64,000 nt of DNA, taken from NCBI RefSeq assembly GCF_034676545.1, contig NZ_JAUCBZ010000011.1, positions 47,433 through 111,432 on the forward strand. The letters are read 5' to 3'. Positions 1 to 9,328 of this stretch are shown one piece after another (the first letter of the stretch is position 1; each line of letters starts with the position of its first letter). The notes under the pieces are model-generated. The model was given only the letters and a program-made list of their open reading frames with translations, had not been told where the DNA came from and ran no database searches. Origin of the DNA: Pararhodobacter sp. (lineage in GTDB: Bacteria; Pseudomonadota; Alphaproteobacteria; Rhodobacterales; Rhodobacteraceae). The translations under genes were made by a program, and so were the position numbers.

Positions 1-953
1 ACTGGCCACTCGCGATCCAGCGGCTCCACCTTGTTCCAGCCGTTGGCTGAGTAGCTCTTGTAGAGCTGCGTACCGTAGTGCTCCGGGATGACTTCGAGGT
101 CCAGAAGCCGCCTGATTTGCGCCTTCACTGAAACCCGCCACCGCTCTTTTACGGACAGGAGCCCTGCTAAAGAATAATGCTGCACTTCATGCACGTAGGT
201 CGTCTCGGGCATTAGGAATGCACTGGCAAAACGGAAAGCCTGACGTTCGATCTCTTTGAGATCGGACTTCAGCTCTTCGTGGCTAACCCCCTTGTGCAGG
301 ATTGCATGACCAAGTTCGTGTGCGGCGTCCATTTGACGGCGGGGCAGGGACATCTTGTCAATTGCGAGCATGATATGCGGGCGTTCGTCACCCCGTGACC
401 AGCTGCAAAGCCCGTCCAGCTTCGACGTTCCCATCTCGATGGAGCCAACCACACAGCCGACCCGTTCAAGCAACGCCACCATGTCGATGATCGGACCTTG
501 GCCAAGCCGCCAATGGGATCGCAATTCCTGCGCGATGCCCTCGATGTCTTCATCACGCAGTTGGCGATAGGTTAGACCCTTCATGACATCAGGAATGTCG
601 ACTGCCGGAAAATCCACATAATGCTGCAAGACCGCAGAGATTTCCTGCAGCCACTGCATCTGGGCGTCCTGGTACGACGTGTCGCGCTTCAGGGCACTGG
701 ATAGCGAGCGAGAAAACATCGGGTGTTCACTGGCATGGACAGGTCGCAGAAAATACTCCCTACGCACACGAAGTTCACGCGCCAGGGCGGTGAGCGCCTC
801 TGCATCGGGAGCATGGGTGCCGCTTTCCCAGCGTGACACTGCACTGGGTGAAACCCCAATCATTTGTGCAAGCTCCTTCATGCTCAAAATTCGCCGAGCA
901 GCCCGCACTTCCGCTAGGCGTTCTGGCACGAAGCCAGGCGTTCCTACGCGCAT
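1..953 (-). CDS. XRE-type HTH fused to ImmA/IrrE (COG2856-like) Zn-metallopeptidase; 3' end runs off the left window edge
   Basis: Own translation of the minus strand from ATG at 953. I checked every in-frame triplet and the frame stays open to nt 3; it is absent from the ORF track because there is no stop in the window. N-terminus MRVGTPGFVPERLAEVRAARRILSMKELAQMIGVSPSAVSRWESG is an XRE-type HTH. HELGH (HExxH) is encoded at nt 320-306. The ATG directly abuts the TGA of the upstream ORF (TGAATG). Confidence 0.8.
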   Translation of the reverse strand, partial: MRVGTPGFVPERLAEVRAARRILSMKELAQMIGVSPSAVSRWESGTHAPDAEALTALARELRVRREYFLRPVHASEHPMFSRSLSSALKRDTSYQDAQMQWLQEISAVLQHYVDFPAVDIPDVMKGLTYRQLRDEDIEGIAQELRSHWRLGQGPIIDMVALLERVGCVVGSIEMGTSKLDGLCSWSRGDERPHIMLAIDKMSLPRRQMDAAHELGHAILHKGVSHEELKSDLKEIERQAFRFASAFLMPETTYVHEVQHYSLAGLLSVKERWRVSVKAQIRRLLDLEVIPEHYGTQLYKSYSANGWNKVEPLDREWP

Positions 954-1688
954 TCAATCCTCCCGCCGGTATCGCAAGATACCGATCATGCCTTCCCTGT
1001 TTCGTCGTCCACCTCCGGCGGCGACTCGGGGGGGGACAAACGGTTTCACCTTCGCCTTCAAGCGCACCAGCCCGGTCTCGGACGGCGACACAATCGAAGC
1101 GGGGACCGGTTCAGCGGCATCGGCATCATCAGCAAGGAACTTGTCAAGGCGTTCGTAAAACAGAAACTGCTCGTAGGTCGCATCAATCACGCCAATCGCA
1201 ATCTCATCCAGTTTGCCGGACTGTTCGCGGTCACGTGCAACCAAGAAGAGGACAAAGATGTCCCCGGGCTTCGGGCCGCTGCCGTCGAAGTCAAAACTTG
1301 GGGTCAGATTGAAGTTCAGCGTCACACCGGCCAGACGGGAACGGTTCTTGTTCGGCAACTTGCTGCGTTCGGGCATCGCGGCGAGGCCAAAGATGACACC
1401 CGGGCCATCACCGCCGAACCGCATGAACGGCTGGAAGATCTTCAGGCTGCTGTTCGGGATGACACCACCGACAAGCGGCTGACCGCCGAAAAGGACGCAG
1501 ACCTCTTCGAAGCCTTGCTCCACCATCCGAAAACGCGCCTGGCCTTCGAGTTCGCGCGCGCGCTTCTTGTCCAGCCCAGCATGGTCGCGCACCAGCAGGG
1601 AAGCCTTCAAGGTTTCCGCCCGTGTCCGATCCTCCAACGCGAGGATCAGGCCGCGCTTCAAGAGACGTTTCCAATCGAAGTCAGCCAT
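954..1688 (-). CDS. hypothetical 244-aa protein, first gene of a two-gene unit with the HTH-ImmA gene
   Basis: ORF track 954..1688. The stop is immediately followed by the ImmA ATG. No motif I recognise. A candidate sigma70-like promoter lies upstream. Confidence 0.6.
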   Translation of the reverse strand: MADFDWKRLLKRGLILALEDRTRAETLKASLLVRDHAGLDKKRARELEGQARFRMVEQGFEEVCVLFGGQPLVGGVIPNSSLKIFQPFMRFGGDGPGVIFGLAAMPERSKLPNKNRSRLAGVTLNFNLTPSFDFDGSGPKPGDIFVLFLVARDREQSGKLDEIAIGVIDATYEQFLFYERLDKFLADDADAAEPVPASIVSPSETGLVRLKAKVKPFVPPRVAAGGGRRNREGMIGILRYRRED

Positions 1689-1731
1689 CTAAGCGCCCGT
1701 CCGCAAGATTCCCTGATTGCGTTATAGCGGA

Positions 1732-1760
1732 ATCATATGCCATATTTTTGCGTAAAGCAA
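1732..1760 (-). promoter_or_regulatory. candidate sigma70-type promoter for the 244-aa/ImmA unit
   Basis: On the minus strand: TTGCTT (1760-1755), a 17-nt spacer, then TATGAT (1737-1732), about 45 nt upstream of the ATG at 1688. A small palindrome ATATG-C-CATAT overlaps the -10, and the direct repeat TTGCGT(T/A)A occurs twice nearby. Confidence 0.35.
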
Positions 1761-1856
1761 GTGGCAGAAATGATCCGACTGTGCCTGTCAGGTGAGGCGT
1801 ACTTTCGCTGGATGGCAAACATGCAAGCAGCTTGGCGACAATTCACCTAAACCGTT

Positions 1857-4800
1857 TCATGCCGGTATCGGCACAGCTCTCGCCAGCGCCATATCCGCCG
1901 GCGAGAGTCCGAACAGTGCTGTCACGAGCCCTTCAATCTGGTCGCGCAACGCGGCCGCGTTGCGCTCATGAAGCGTCTTCTGATGCGGCACCCGAGCCAC
2001 TTGAGCGGCATCGTTTGCAGCGATTAACTGCATGACAAGGGCTTCGATATTCGCCCGCTCTGGCGGCGTTGCCGGCGGAATGGGCAAATGCTCGATGAAC
2101 TGCTTGCCGTGCGAATAGTATCCACCCCGGAACGGACTGGTATGCGTCCGCACCATCGCTGCGCTCAATGGGTGGTGCAGGACGGCTAACAGGAAGAAGT
2201 TTGTCTCCGGTGCGCCATCGCGGGGCCGGATCAGATAATAGGGACCGTTCCCGCCGCCCGTCATCATGATGTTGGTATCATCGTAGGCATAGCGGGCTTC
2301 ACGGGACAGGATCGGCAGGATGATCTTGGGGCTATCGAACTTCGTCAGGCTCTGCGAGCGGCCAAACTGATAGAACTGCCTGGTAGCCGCCGTGCCGCCG
2401 ACGATATTGCGCCGTTGCAGATCAGCTTGACGCGCTGTCAGGTAAGCTAGGCAGAGCGGAAACCGCCGCGCCATGTCTGCGGGCTGGATCAACTGCGCTG
2501 TCGTGCGGGCACCGTTGACGATCTCGTAGGGGAAGATCATCCAGGTATTGGCCTCGGCGCGCGCGTAAGGGTGCAGCGTGACATCGAGTAGGCAAGGCCG
2601 GAGTATGTCCCGCTCGATCGGCCAATCACGGCCGTCCCACCGCAGCGTCACGGTGTTGGGTGTGCTGCTGACCTCGCGGAAGATGTAAATTGCATCGGCG
2701 CTGGTTTGGACGCCGACGAAGATTTCCGATGCTTCGCCCAGCTCACGGCCGCAAGCGGCGCGCACCCGCGCAAATAGCGCGCGCGTGGCCGCATCGGCGA
2801 ATTGCCATGGATCATCCGTTAACTCGGCCGCCGGCATCGTGCTTCTCGGCCCTGGCGTGCCATAGCGCCACAAATCCAAGGTATCGACTCGCTCCACGGT
2901 CACATCGGCCTTTCCCTGCCGGTCGAGGATCAACAGACAGGTGTAGTTGGTCGCCAAGCGTCCGAAGACCTGCTGCACGCCGAAATGCACGATCTCTTCG
3001 AGGGGATGCCCAGCCGTCACCAGCCGTCGAAGCGCCCGCCCGGCTTGAATCGTCATGAATTTATGCGGGACAATGAAGCCAAGCCGACCGTCTGGCCGCA
3101 CAAGGCCCAGCGAGCGTTCAATGAACAGCGCATATTTGTCGAAGTTGTCCTGACGCGCCGTTGTGTAAGGAGACCCCGCTGATTGGTAAAAGGCGGCTTC
3201 CTCCGGCGAGTATGTCTGCATGTTCTGGATGCGGATATAGGGCGGGTTTCCAACGATCACGTCGAAACCACCGCGTGTACTCTCCGCCGGGAACTCAGCC
3301 GCCCAGGAGAAAGGATTGACCTTATCCAGAAGCCGTGCCGGCAGCGCGCCGCGCGCCGCAACCCATTCCGCCTGGCTGACAAGGCTATTGCCTGCCCGCA
3401 GCGTTCCATCCAGCTCCGGTAGCGCCGGCGTTCCGGTACGATCGACATACTCTCGCAACCCGGCTTCGCTCTCGTCTTCGATCAGCTTCAAAAGAAGGCT
3501 GAACCGGGCGACCTCAACCGCATTAGTGTCAATATCGACGCCGCGCACATGCGCAAGCAGGATGCGCCGCTTTTCCTCGAACGTTAGACGCCACAGCCCT
3601 GCCCCGGCTTCATAGATCGTGCGGCCCACATGGTTTCCACGATCGTTCGCCAGATACCAGGACAGATAGTGGTCCGTCAGGAACTCGAAAACGGACAAGA
3701 GGAAAATGCCCGAGCCGCAGCAAATGTCGGCAACGGTGAAGGCCGCCAGATCAGCCGGAGACTGTCCTGCCAGTTTCGGCCCGAGCGTGCGCTGCACAAT
3801 CGCATCGACAATATAGCGCGGCGTCGGCACGACGCCGCCGCTGTCCCGCACCTCGGGCTTGCTGACGATCTCGACGTTGCCATGCGCGTCGATCGTGATG
3901 ATCTCGCCCAGAAACTGCTCGTAGATTTCCCCCAGGACTTCGGTTTCCACGACCGCGAAGGTGTAGGGGCTCTGCGGGTAGTAAAGCTCGTTGATAATCC
4001 CGCTCAATACATCGTCGCTGATGCGAATCCCGAGTCGGGCATCATCGAGCAGCCGGAACAGACCGGAATCATAGAAGGCATCCGCGCGCCGCAGCTCCTT
4101 CATAAGAGCATCGAAGCTGTTGCCGGCGGTCAGGCCCCGCAGGGTTTCATACCGCTCGATGTCGCGATCTTCACAGATACGCAAGAACACGATCCGCGAA
4201 AGGAATAGTTGCACCGCATAGGTCAGCTCGTCCGGCGACAGGCCGGGGACTTGCTGGTGAATATCTCGTGCGAGACGCTCGCGCCACGACCGCACCTGGC
4301 GCAAGAAAAAGTCGTCAAACTGATCGGCACCGTGCCGGGTCACATCGACGGCGAAGCGGCGATCAAAATCGCCAGAGTACACCGCCTCACGCGACAGAAG
4401 CGGCCACAGCTCGTCGAAGCGCGCTTCAAACTCTTCGTATCCGACAAGCAGAATACGCGCGACATGCGCTTCATCGGTGTTGTTTGGAGAGGGCCGGCAG
4501 TCATAGACCGCCAGCTGATGAAAGTTGGTCAGGATCGAGATCGGCAGGCTTGCCGAATAACCGTAGCGCCGCGTCTGGAAGGCGGCATCCCTACTCCGAT
4601 CAATGCGCACATTCGGCTTCTTGGCTTCGACGAAGAGCTTGCGCTGGCGTGCAAGGCGCAGCTCATAGTCCGGCTTCTTGGAAAGCCGCTCTTCGCCGAC
4701 TTCAACCGTTGCCTCTTCGATAACTTCCCGAAGCCCGAGCGGTTGGCCGGCGACGTTGTGTACGTCCCATCCAAATGCCGCGAGCAGCGGCGTGATAAAA

Positions 4801-4922
4801 TCCGTGCGCGCCTGCGTCTCATTATAGGCCGCACGCAGATAATCTGCTTCGTTGCGCCGGAAGTTCTGGACAAGATTAGCCACCCGAGCACGGGCAGCGT
4901 CCTTCGGGTCAACGGCTGTCAT
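1857..4922 (-). CDS. Type IIG restriction-modification enzyme (Eco57I-like fused endonuclease/N6-adenine methyltransferase)
   Basis: 1021 aa. N-terminal PD-(D/E)xK-like motif KKPDYELRLARQRKLFVEAKKP. Methyltransferase motif I DICCGSGIFLL and motif IV GNPPYIRIQ. ATGA overlap with the upstream methyltransferase gene (4919-4922). Confidence 0.85.
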   Translation of the reverse strand: MTAVDPKDAARARVANLVQNFRRNEADYLRAAYNETQARTDFITPLLAAFGWDVHNVAGQPLGLREVIEEATVEVGEERLSKKPDYELRLARQRKLFVEAKKPNVRIDRSRDAAFQTRRYGYSASLPISILTNFHQLAVYDCRPSPNNTDEAHVARILLVGYEEFEARFDELWPLLSREAVYSGDFDRRFAVDVTRHGADQFDDFFLRQVRSWRERLARDIHQQVPGLSPDELTYAVQLFLSRIVFLRICEDRDIERYETLRGLTAGNSFDALMKELRRADAFYDSGLFRLLDDARLGIRISDDVLSGIINELYYPQSPYTFAVVETEVLGEIYEQFLGEIITIDAHGNVEIVSKPEVRDSGGVVPTPRYIVDAIVQRTLGPKLAGQSPADLAAFTVADICCGSGIFLLSVFEFLTDHYLSWYLANDRGNHVGRTIYEAGAGLWRLTFEEKRRILLAHVRGVDIDTNAVEVARFSLLLKLIEDESEAGLREYVDRTGTPALPELDGTLRAGNSLVSQAEWVAARGALPARLLDKVNPFSWAAEFPAESTRGGFDVIVGNPPYIRIQNMQTYSPEEAAFYQSAGSPYTTARQDNFDKYALFIERSLGLVRPDGRLGFIVPHKFMTIQAGRALRRLVTAGHPLEEIVHFGVQQVFGRLATNYTCLLILDRQGKADVTVERVDTLDLWRYGTPGPRSTMPAAELTDDPWQFADAATRALFARVRAACGRELGEASEIFVGVQTSADAIYIFREVSSTPNTVTLRWDGRDWPIERDILRPCLLDVTLHPYARAEANTWMIFPYEIVNGARTTAQLIQPADMARRFPLCLAYLTARQADLQRRNIVGGTAATRQFYQFGRSQSLTKFDSPKIILPILSREARYAYDDTNIMMTGGGNGPYYLIRPRDGAPETNFFLLAVLHHPLSAAMVRTHTSPFRGGYYSHGKQFIEHLPIPPATPPERANIEALVMQLIAANDAAQVARVPHQKTLHERNAAALRDQIEGLVTALFGLSPADMALARAVPIPA

Positions 4923-6670
4923 GCTGTATGTTTCCGGGCACCACGCCGACGGGAGTTCCGCCGATTCCGCATCTGCGTCCAGACGCTCTTCAAAAGATCA
5001 CACTCTGCCGATGTCAGCCCCATGTGCTCGCGGAGGATGATCTTTGCATTCTCCTCCAGAACATCATCGAGCCGGCCGGCACGGACGAGCTGATCCACTT
5101 CGGTTAGCGGCATCGCGCCGTTGAGCTGGGCGGGCATAAGCAACCGTTCGGCTTCTGTCGGTTCAAGCTCCAGAACGCCGCCGCCATAGCTTCGCCCTTC
5201 GATTTCAGCCGAAGCAGCCGTGAGCCAGGTATAGGTATTGGCGATCACCCGTTCAGGCTTCGCGCCATGGCTGCGCATCCGGTGGATCGTATCAGTGGAC
5301 GTAGCCCCGGAAGAGTTCAGCACCATGCGGGGAAAGTCGTAAATCTGCCGGAACGCGAAACCGTCCGGCACCCAGACAGACGGCACCAGATACCAAGGCT
5401 CTCGGATCGAGCACTTGTACCCCATGTGAAATTCTTTCCGTTCGCCTTCCTCGATGTATCGGCGCAGTTTTGCGCTGAGCTTGCTGGCTTGCGCCTTCGA
5501 GATGTTGAGCAGGTGGACGCGATCACCGCCAGCGGACAGGGATCTCCAGTCGGCCTTCTCGATCTTGCTCCCCTTCAGCTGGGCGGAGCGCGATACGAGC
5601 GGCGTTGTGTAGCCCTCAAGGCCAAGATCTTCGACCTGATTGGCCGAGAGGACAAAAAATTCATTCTTCCCGGTGACAACCCCCACGTCGATGCTCGCGT
5701 GCGTGGACATGGGCGTGGTGATCGCCGCATCGCGCAGAGCGCGCATGAAGGTAATCTGCCGATTGTCGAGGAAGTATTTTAGCCACTTCTCGCTATCATG
5801 ACGGATGGTCTTGGGCTCCGCCCGATCGAGAATCAAGGCTGGTTTGACATCGGTAATATCGGCAACCGTTGCGGCGGCTGTCAGGGAAACGCGGCAGGTA
5901 TTGTCCTCGGACGCCGTTGCCAAAGCGCCGTCAGCAAGAAGCAGGACGACTTCCTGCTCCGCCTTCTCAAAGAACAGCTCATTGCAGGCAATTACGTCGA
6001 TCCGCTCGAAGTGATCGGTCAGATAGGAGCGCAACTGCGCCGCATAAGTGACTTGCAGGATTTCTGCAGGAAGCACGAGCGCGAGGCGGCCGCCAGCCTT
6101 GAGACTTGCCGTCGCGGCGACCACGAACGGCACCCAGATGTTGGTCAGGCGATTTGGCGTCAGCCCCTGATCGCCCATGATCTGCATGGCGATGGTGCGA
6201 TGCGGCTCAGGGAACGATTGGTAGCGGATGAACGGCGGGTTGCCGATGATCGCGTCAAAGGCGGGCTGAAGAGAGTCCGCCCACCACGCAAAAAAGTCCG
6301 AGTTTTGAACCACCTTTTCGGCAGACTTGCCGATCACGCCCTGAAGGCGCGTTGTTGCGGCTTCTGCCTCTGCTGGAATGATTTCGACACCTGTCAAATT
6401 CTGCCCAATTTTTTCGGGCGTTCCACCAAGTTCACGGAGCCGATGCGCGGCAGCTTCCAAAAAGGCACCGTCGCCGCAACTCGGCTCTAGTACGACATCC
6501 TCAGCGGATTGGATCGCCCAACCGCACAGCCATTCTGCGACCTTTGATGACGTGTAATAACCACCGCGCAACTTATCTTCGTCCAAATCGGCGAAGCGAC
6601 CACGCGGGGCAACATTCGAAGACTTGCCCTTGGGCGTGGTGGTGCGTGATTTGGTCCGCGCGACTTTCAT
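4919..6670 (-). CDS. stand-alone N6-adenine DNA methyltransferase (M.Eco57I-like partner of the Type IIG enzyme)
   Basis: 583 aa. Motif I EPSCGDGAFL and motif IV IIGNPPFIRYQ. Overlaps both neighbouring genes by 4 nt (ATGA). Confidence 0.85.
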   Translation of the reverse strand: MKVARTKSRTTTPKGKSSNVAPRGRFADLDEDKLRGGYYTSSKVAEWLCGWAIQSAEDVVLEPSCGDGAFLEAAAHRLRELGGTPEKIGQNLTGVEIIPAEAEAATTRLQGVIGKSAEKVVQNSDFFAWWADSLQPAFDAIIGNPPFIRYQSFPEPHRTIAMQIMGDQGLTPNRLTNIWVPFVVAATASLKAGGRLALVLPAEILQVTYAAQLRSYLTDHFERIDVIACNELFFEKAEQEVVLLLADGALATASEDNTCRVSLTAAATVADITDVKPALILDRAEPKTIRHDSEKWLKYFLDNRQITFMRALRDAAITTPMSTHASIDVGVVTGKNEFFVLSANQVEDLGLEGYTTPLVSRSAQLKGSKIEKADWRSLSAGGDRVHLLNISKAQASKLSAKLRRYIEEGERKEFHMGYKCSIREPWYLVPSVWVPDGFAFRQIYDFPRMVLNSSGATSTDTIHRMRSHGAKPERVIANTYTWLTAASAEIEGRSYGGGVLELEPTEAERLLMPAQLNGAMPLTEVDQLVRAGRLDDVLEENAKIILREHMGLTSAECDLLKSVWTQMRNRRNSRRRGARKHTA

Positions 6671-6858
6671 TCTTTCCCCACATGCAGTAGCGGCATGTCA
6701 TCCTTCAGGAGGCGGTCGATCGCTTCGCGCACGACCCATGCCACTGATACCCGGTTTTTTCGGGCTATTTCGTTAAGTTCGCGATGCTGCTCCGCCGTGA
6801 GGCTGACAGACAGGCGATGGACAGATTTGTCATCGTTGTAGGGGGCGTCGGCAGGCAT
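6667..6858 (-). CDS. ribbon-helix-helix (CopG/Arc-like) protein, probable controller of the R-M operon
   Basis: 63 aa. LSVSLTAEQHRELNEIARKNRVSVAWVVREAIDRLL fits the RHH pattern (beta strand then two helices). First gene of the operon, ATGA-coupled to the methyltransferase. Confidence 0.7.
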   Translation of the reverse strand: MPADAPYNDDKSVHRLSVSLTAEQHRELNEIARKNRVSVAWVVREAIDRLLKDDMPLLHVGKE

Positions 6859-6872
6859 GGCGACTACACTGT

Positions 6873-6899
6873 TGCATCATCTTGCATCACTATGCACCA
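6873..6899. promoter_or_regulatory. three direct repeats TGCA(T/C)CA with exact 10-bp phasing upstream of the RHH gene (candidate operator)
   Basis: gtTGCATCAtctTGCATCActaTGCACCAc at 6873-6879, 6883-6889 and 6893-6899, 15-41 nt upstream of the RHH start at 6858. Confidence 0.4.
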
Positions 6900-7168
6900 C
6901 GTTGGTGAAGCTGGCAATGTTCGATCGAGGATGGGTCGAACCAGAGCAGCCAGCCTAGGAAGCCCAGCGGTCTCGAGATCGTCTTAGTAGCCTCTCCGTT
7001 GCCGTTCGGTCGTTGACACCAGTGCGAGCAAGTTTGGCTGCCGATATTCCGGGCGAGGGACTTTTCGGCTCTGGCGCACCCGAGGTGACAATAGCCGTCG
7101 TCGAAGGGATGGTTGCTCGCGAACCAAAGATGTCTAAGCCCGGCTCGCGCGATTGCAGGCAAGGGCAC
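6890..7168 (-). pseudogene. possible degenerate Fic-domain remnant
   Basis: The ORF contains LRHLWFASNHPFDDGYCHLG. This resembles the Fic core (HPFxDGNGR) but has lost the GNGR residues. Short and lacking context. Confidence 0.3.
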
Positions 7169-7309
7169 TAGCTCGTCTGCCGCCGTGCGGTTGAACTATT
7201 CGACGAGTATGTCCATCTCGCCTCGAGCCTGCGCCGATGGTAGGTAAGGTATAGGCCTGATTGTCGGTTTGCGTGAAGCATCGGCATTGCGCGAACAGGG
7301 GGGATAAGG

Positions 7310-9328
7310 ATGCATTTGAAGAAGCTGGCCGTCCGCAACTTTCGTAGGTTGCAGGATGTCGTAATCGATCTTGCCTCCGATATCTCGATCTTCGTCGGTG
7401 CCAACAACAGTGGGAAGACCTCAGTCGGGCACGCGCTTCAGCTGTTCACCGGGCATGGCCGGTTTGACATCAATGATTTCGGCATGGGGTCGTGGCCGGA
7501 TATCATCGCGTTTGGCGCCGGTGCGGAAGGTGCGGTGCTGCCGACCATGGAAATCGATATCTGGCTGGAGATCGGCGCTGAGGACCTCCACCGCGCGATT
7601 GATCTACTGCCGAGCCTAGCATGGGACAGCACACTCGTTGGTATGCGCGTCGCCTATGCTCCAATCGACCCCGAGACCACGCGCGACAGATATATCCAAG
7701 CCCGCGAACTTGCCCTCGCCGCAGTTGAAGAGGACGAGCAAGGTTTGCCGGTGTTCGACCCGGCACCGCACCACCTTCGAGACTTCCTTCGCGATAACCT
7801 GAATACCGAATATGAACTACGATACTTCGTGCTCGATCCGGCGAGGTTCGACGCAAATATGTTAGCCGAAGCCGACTACGTCCCGTCATCACTTGCCGGA
7901 CGCGATCGGAGTGGACGTGAGATTTTGAACGGTATTCTCCGGATCGACTTTCTTAACGCTCAGCGCCATTTGTCGGATGGTACTGGCGGCGCCCGGGCGG
8001 AGGACCTTTCGCGCGTCCTCAGCCGGTTCTATGGTCGCAATCTCGAGCAGAAGGCGCACGACCTCGAGGCCCTCAGAGCGCTCGCGGCGTCCGAGGTTTC
8101 TCTCAACGAGCATCTGGAACGCGTATTTGAGCCAACTCTTAGGAGCCTCGCCAAGCTCGGCTATCCTGGCCTATCAAACCCCCGGATGATGATACGATCG
8201 GCGCTCGATCCGGCACAAATTATGAGCAGCGGTACGGGCGCGTTGGTCCACTATGCCCTTGGCCCTGATGATGGCACGCCCAATCCGCCGACGTTGCCCG
8301 ACCGCTACAATGGTCTGGGATTCAAGAACCTCATCTTCATGGTGGTTGAGCTTCTCGATCTGCACGCCCAGTGGTTGGCAATCGACGACAACCGCCCTCC
8401 GGTGCATCTCATCTTCATCGAGGAACCCGAGGCACATCTCCACGCCCAGTTGCAGCAGGCCTTCATCCGCAAGGTCCTGGACATCCTTACGCTCAAGGGT
8501 GCTGATCGCGTGGCCTATACCAGCCAGATCGTGGTCACCACGCATTCAACTCATATCCTCTATGAGCGCGGCTTTCGACCGGTCCGCTATTTCAGGCGTA
8601 GCCGGACAGAAGCAACCTCGACTTCAGACGTTCTTAATCTCTCCGCCTTCTACGACAGCACCGATCCCAAAGTCCGCACGTTTCTCGAGCGCTACCTCAA
8701 GCTCGCGCATTGTGATCTCTTTTTCGCCGATGCCACCGTGCTCGTCGAAGGCAACGTTGAGAGATTGCTGTTGCCGCAGATGATCGAAACCGCTGCGCCG
8801 CGCCTCCAGTCGACCTATCTGACGATCCTCGAGATCGGGGGCGCGTTCGGCTATCGTTTCAAGGTGCTTATTGAGTTCCTTGGTCTTACCACACTGGTCA
8901 TAACCGATCTTGACAGTGTTTTTGGCCCGCCAACTCAGCCAGGAACAGGTGTTGAGGTGACTGCAGCCGCCGGAGACGACCCCGCGCAGGAGGCCAATTC
9001 GGATGAAGACGAAGACGAAGACGAAGGAGCGGCTGGTCAGTTGGCGGCTGAAAAGCCGGGAAAGGCATGCATCGCCAGCCATCCGGGAGCCGTGACCTCC
9101 AATCAGACACTTCTGCACTGGCTCCCCAAATGTGAGACAGTCGCAGCGCTGTGGGAGGCGACGGCCGACGATAAGACGCAGGCGCGTGCGAACGAAAACG
9201 ACGCTCTCGTGCGCGTTGCATATCAATGCCGTACCGATGTGACCTGGGGTGGCAATACGCTCTCGTTGGCAGGCCGCACGTTCGAGGAAGCGTTCGCGCT
9301 CGAGAAATCTCGGCTGGTGCCAGCATAA
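7310..9328 (+). CDS. gajA: OLD-family ATP-dependent endonuclease (AAA ATPase + Toprim), GajA-like; reading frame apparently broken near 9305
   Basis: Walker A FVGANNSGKTS. IFIEEPEAHLH (Walker B region). Toprim-like DATVLVEGNVERLLLP and VITDLDS. Immediately followed by a UvrD-like helicase gene. See the continuation feature 9306..9644. Confidence 0.75.
   Translation: MHLKKLAVRNFRRLQDVVIDLASDISIFVGANNSGKTSVGHALQLFTGHGRFDINDFGMGSWPDIIAFGAGAEGAVLPTMEIDIWLEIGAEDLHRAIDLLPSLAWDSTLVGMRVAYAPIDPETTRDRYIQARELALAAVEEDEQGLPVFDPAPHHLRDFLRDNLNTEYELRYFVLDPARFDANMLAEADYVPSSLAGRDRSGREILNGILRIDFLNAQRHLSDGTGGARAEDLSRVLSRFYGRNLEQKAHDLEALRALAASEVSLNEHLERVFEPTLRSLAKLGYPGLSNPRMMIRSALDPAQIMSSGTGALVHYALGPDDGTPNPPTLPDRYNGLGFKNLIFMVVELLDLHAQWLAIDDNRPPVHLIFIEEPEAHLHAQLQQAFIRKVLDILTLKGADRVAYTSQIVVTTHSTHILYERGFRPVRYFRRSRTEATSTSDVLNLSAFYDSTDPKVRTFLERYLKLAHCDLFFADATVLVEGNVERLLLPQMIETAAPRLQSTYLTILEIGGAFGYRFKVLIEFLGLTTLVITDLDSVFGPPTQPGTGVEVTAAAGDDPAQEANSDEDEDEDEGAAGQLAAEKPGKACIASHPGAVTSNQTLLHWLPKCETVAALWEATADDKTQARANENDALVRVAYQCRTDVTWGGNTLSLAGRTFEEAFALEKSRLVPA

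Noticed and set aside
7168-7407. 79-aa minus-strand ORF overlapping the gajA start region
   Set aside because: It overlaps the well-supported OLD-family gene start and has no motif. It lies in the probable promoter region.
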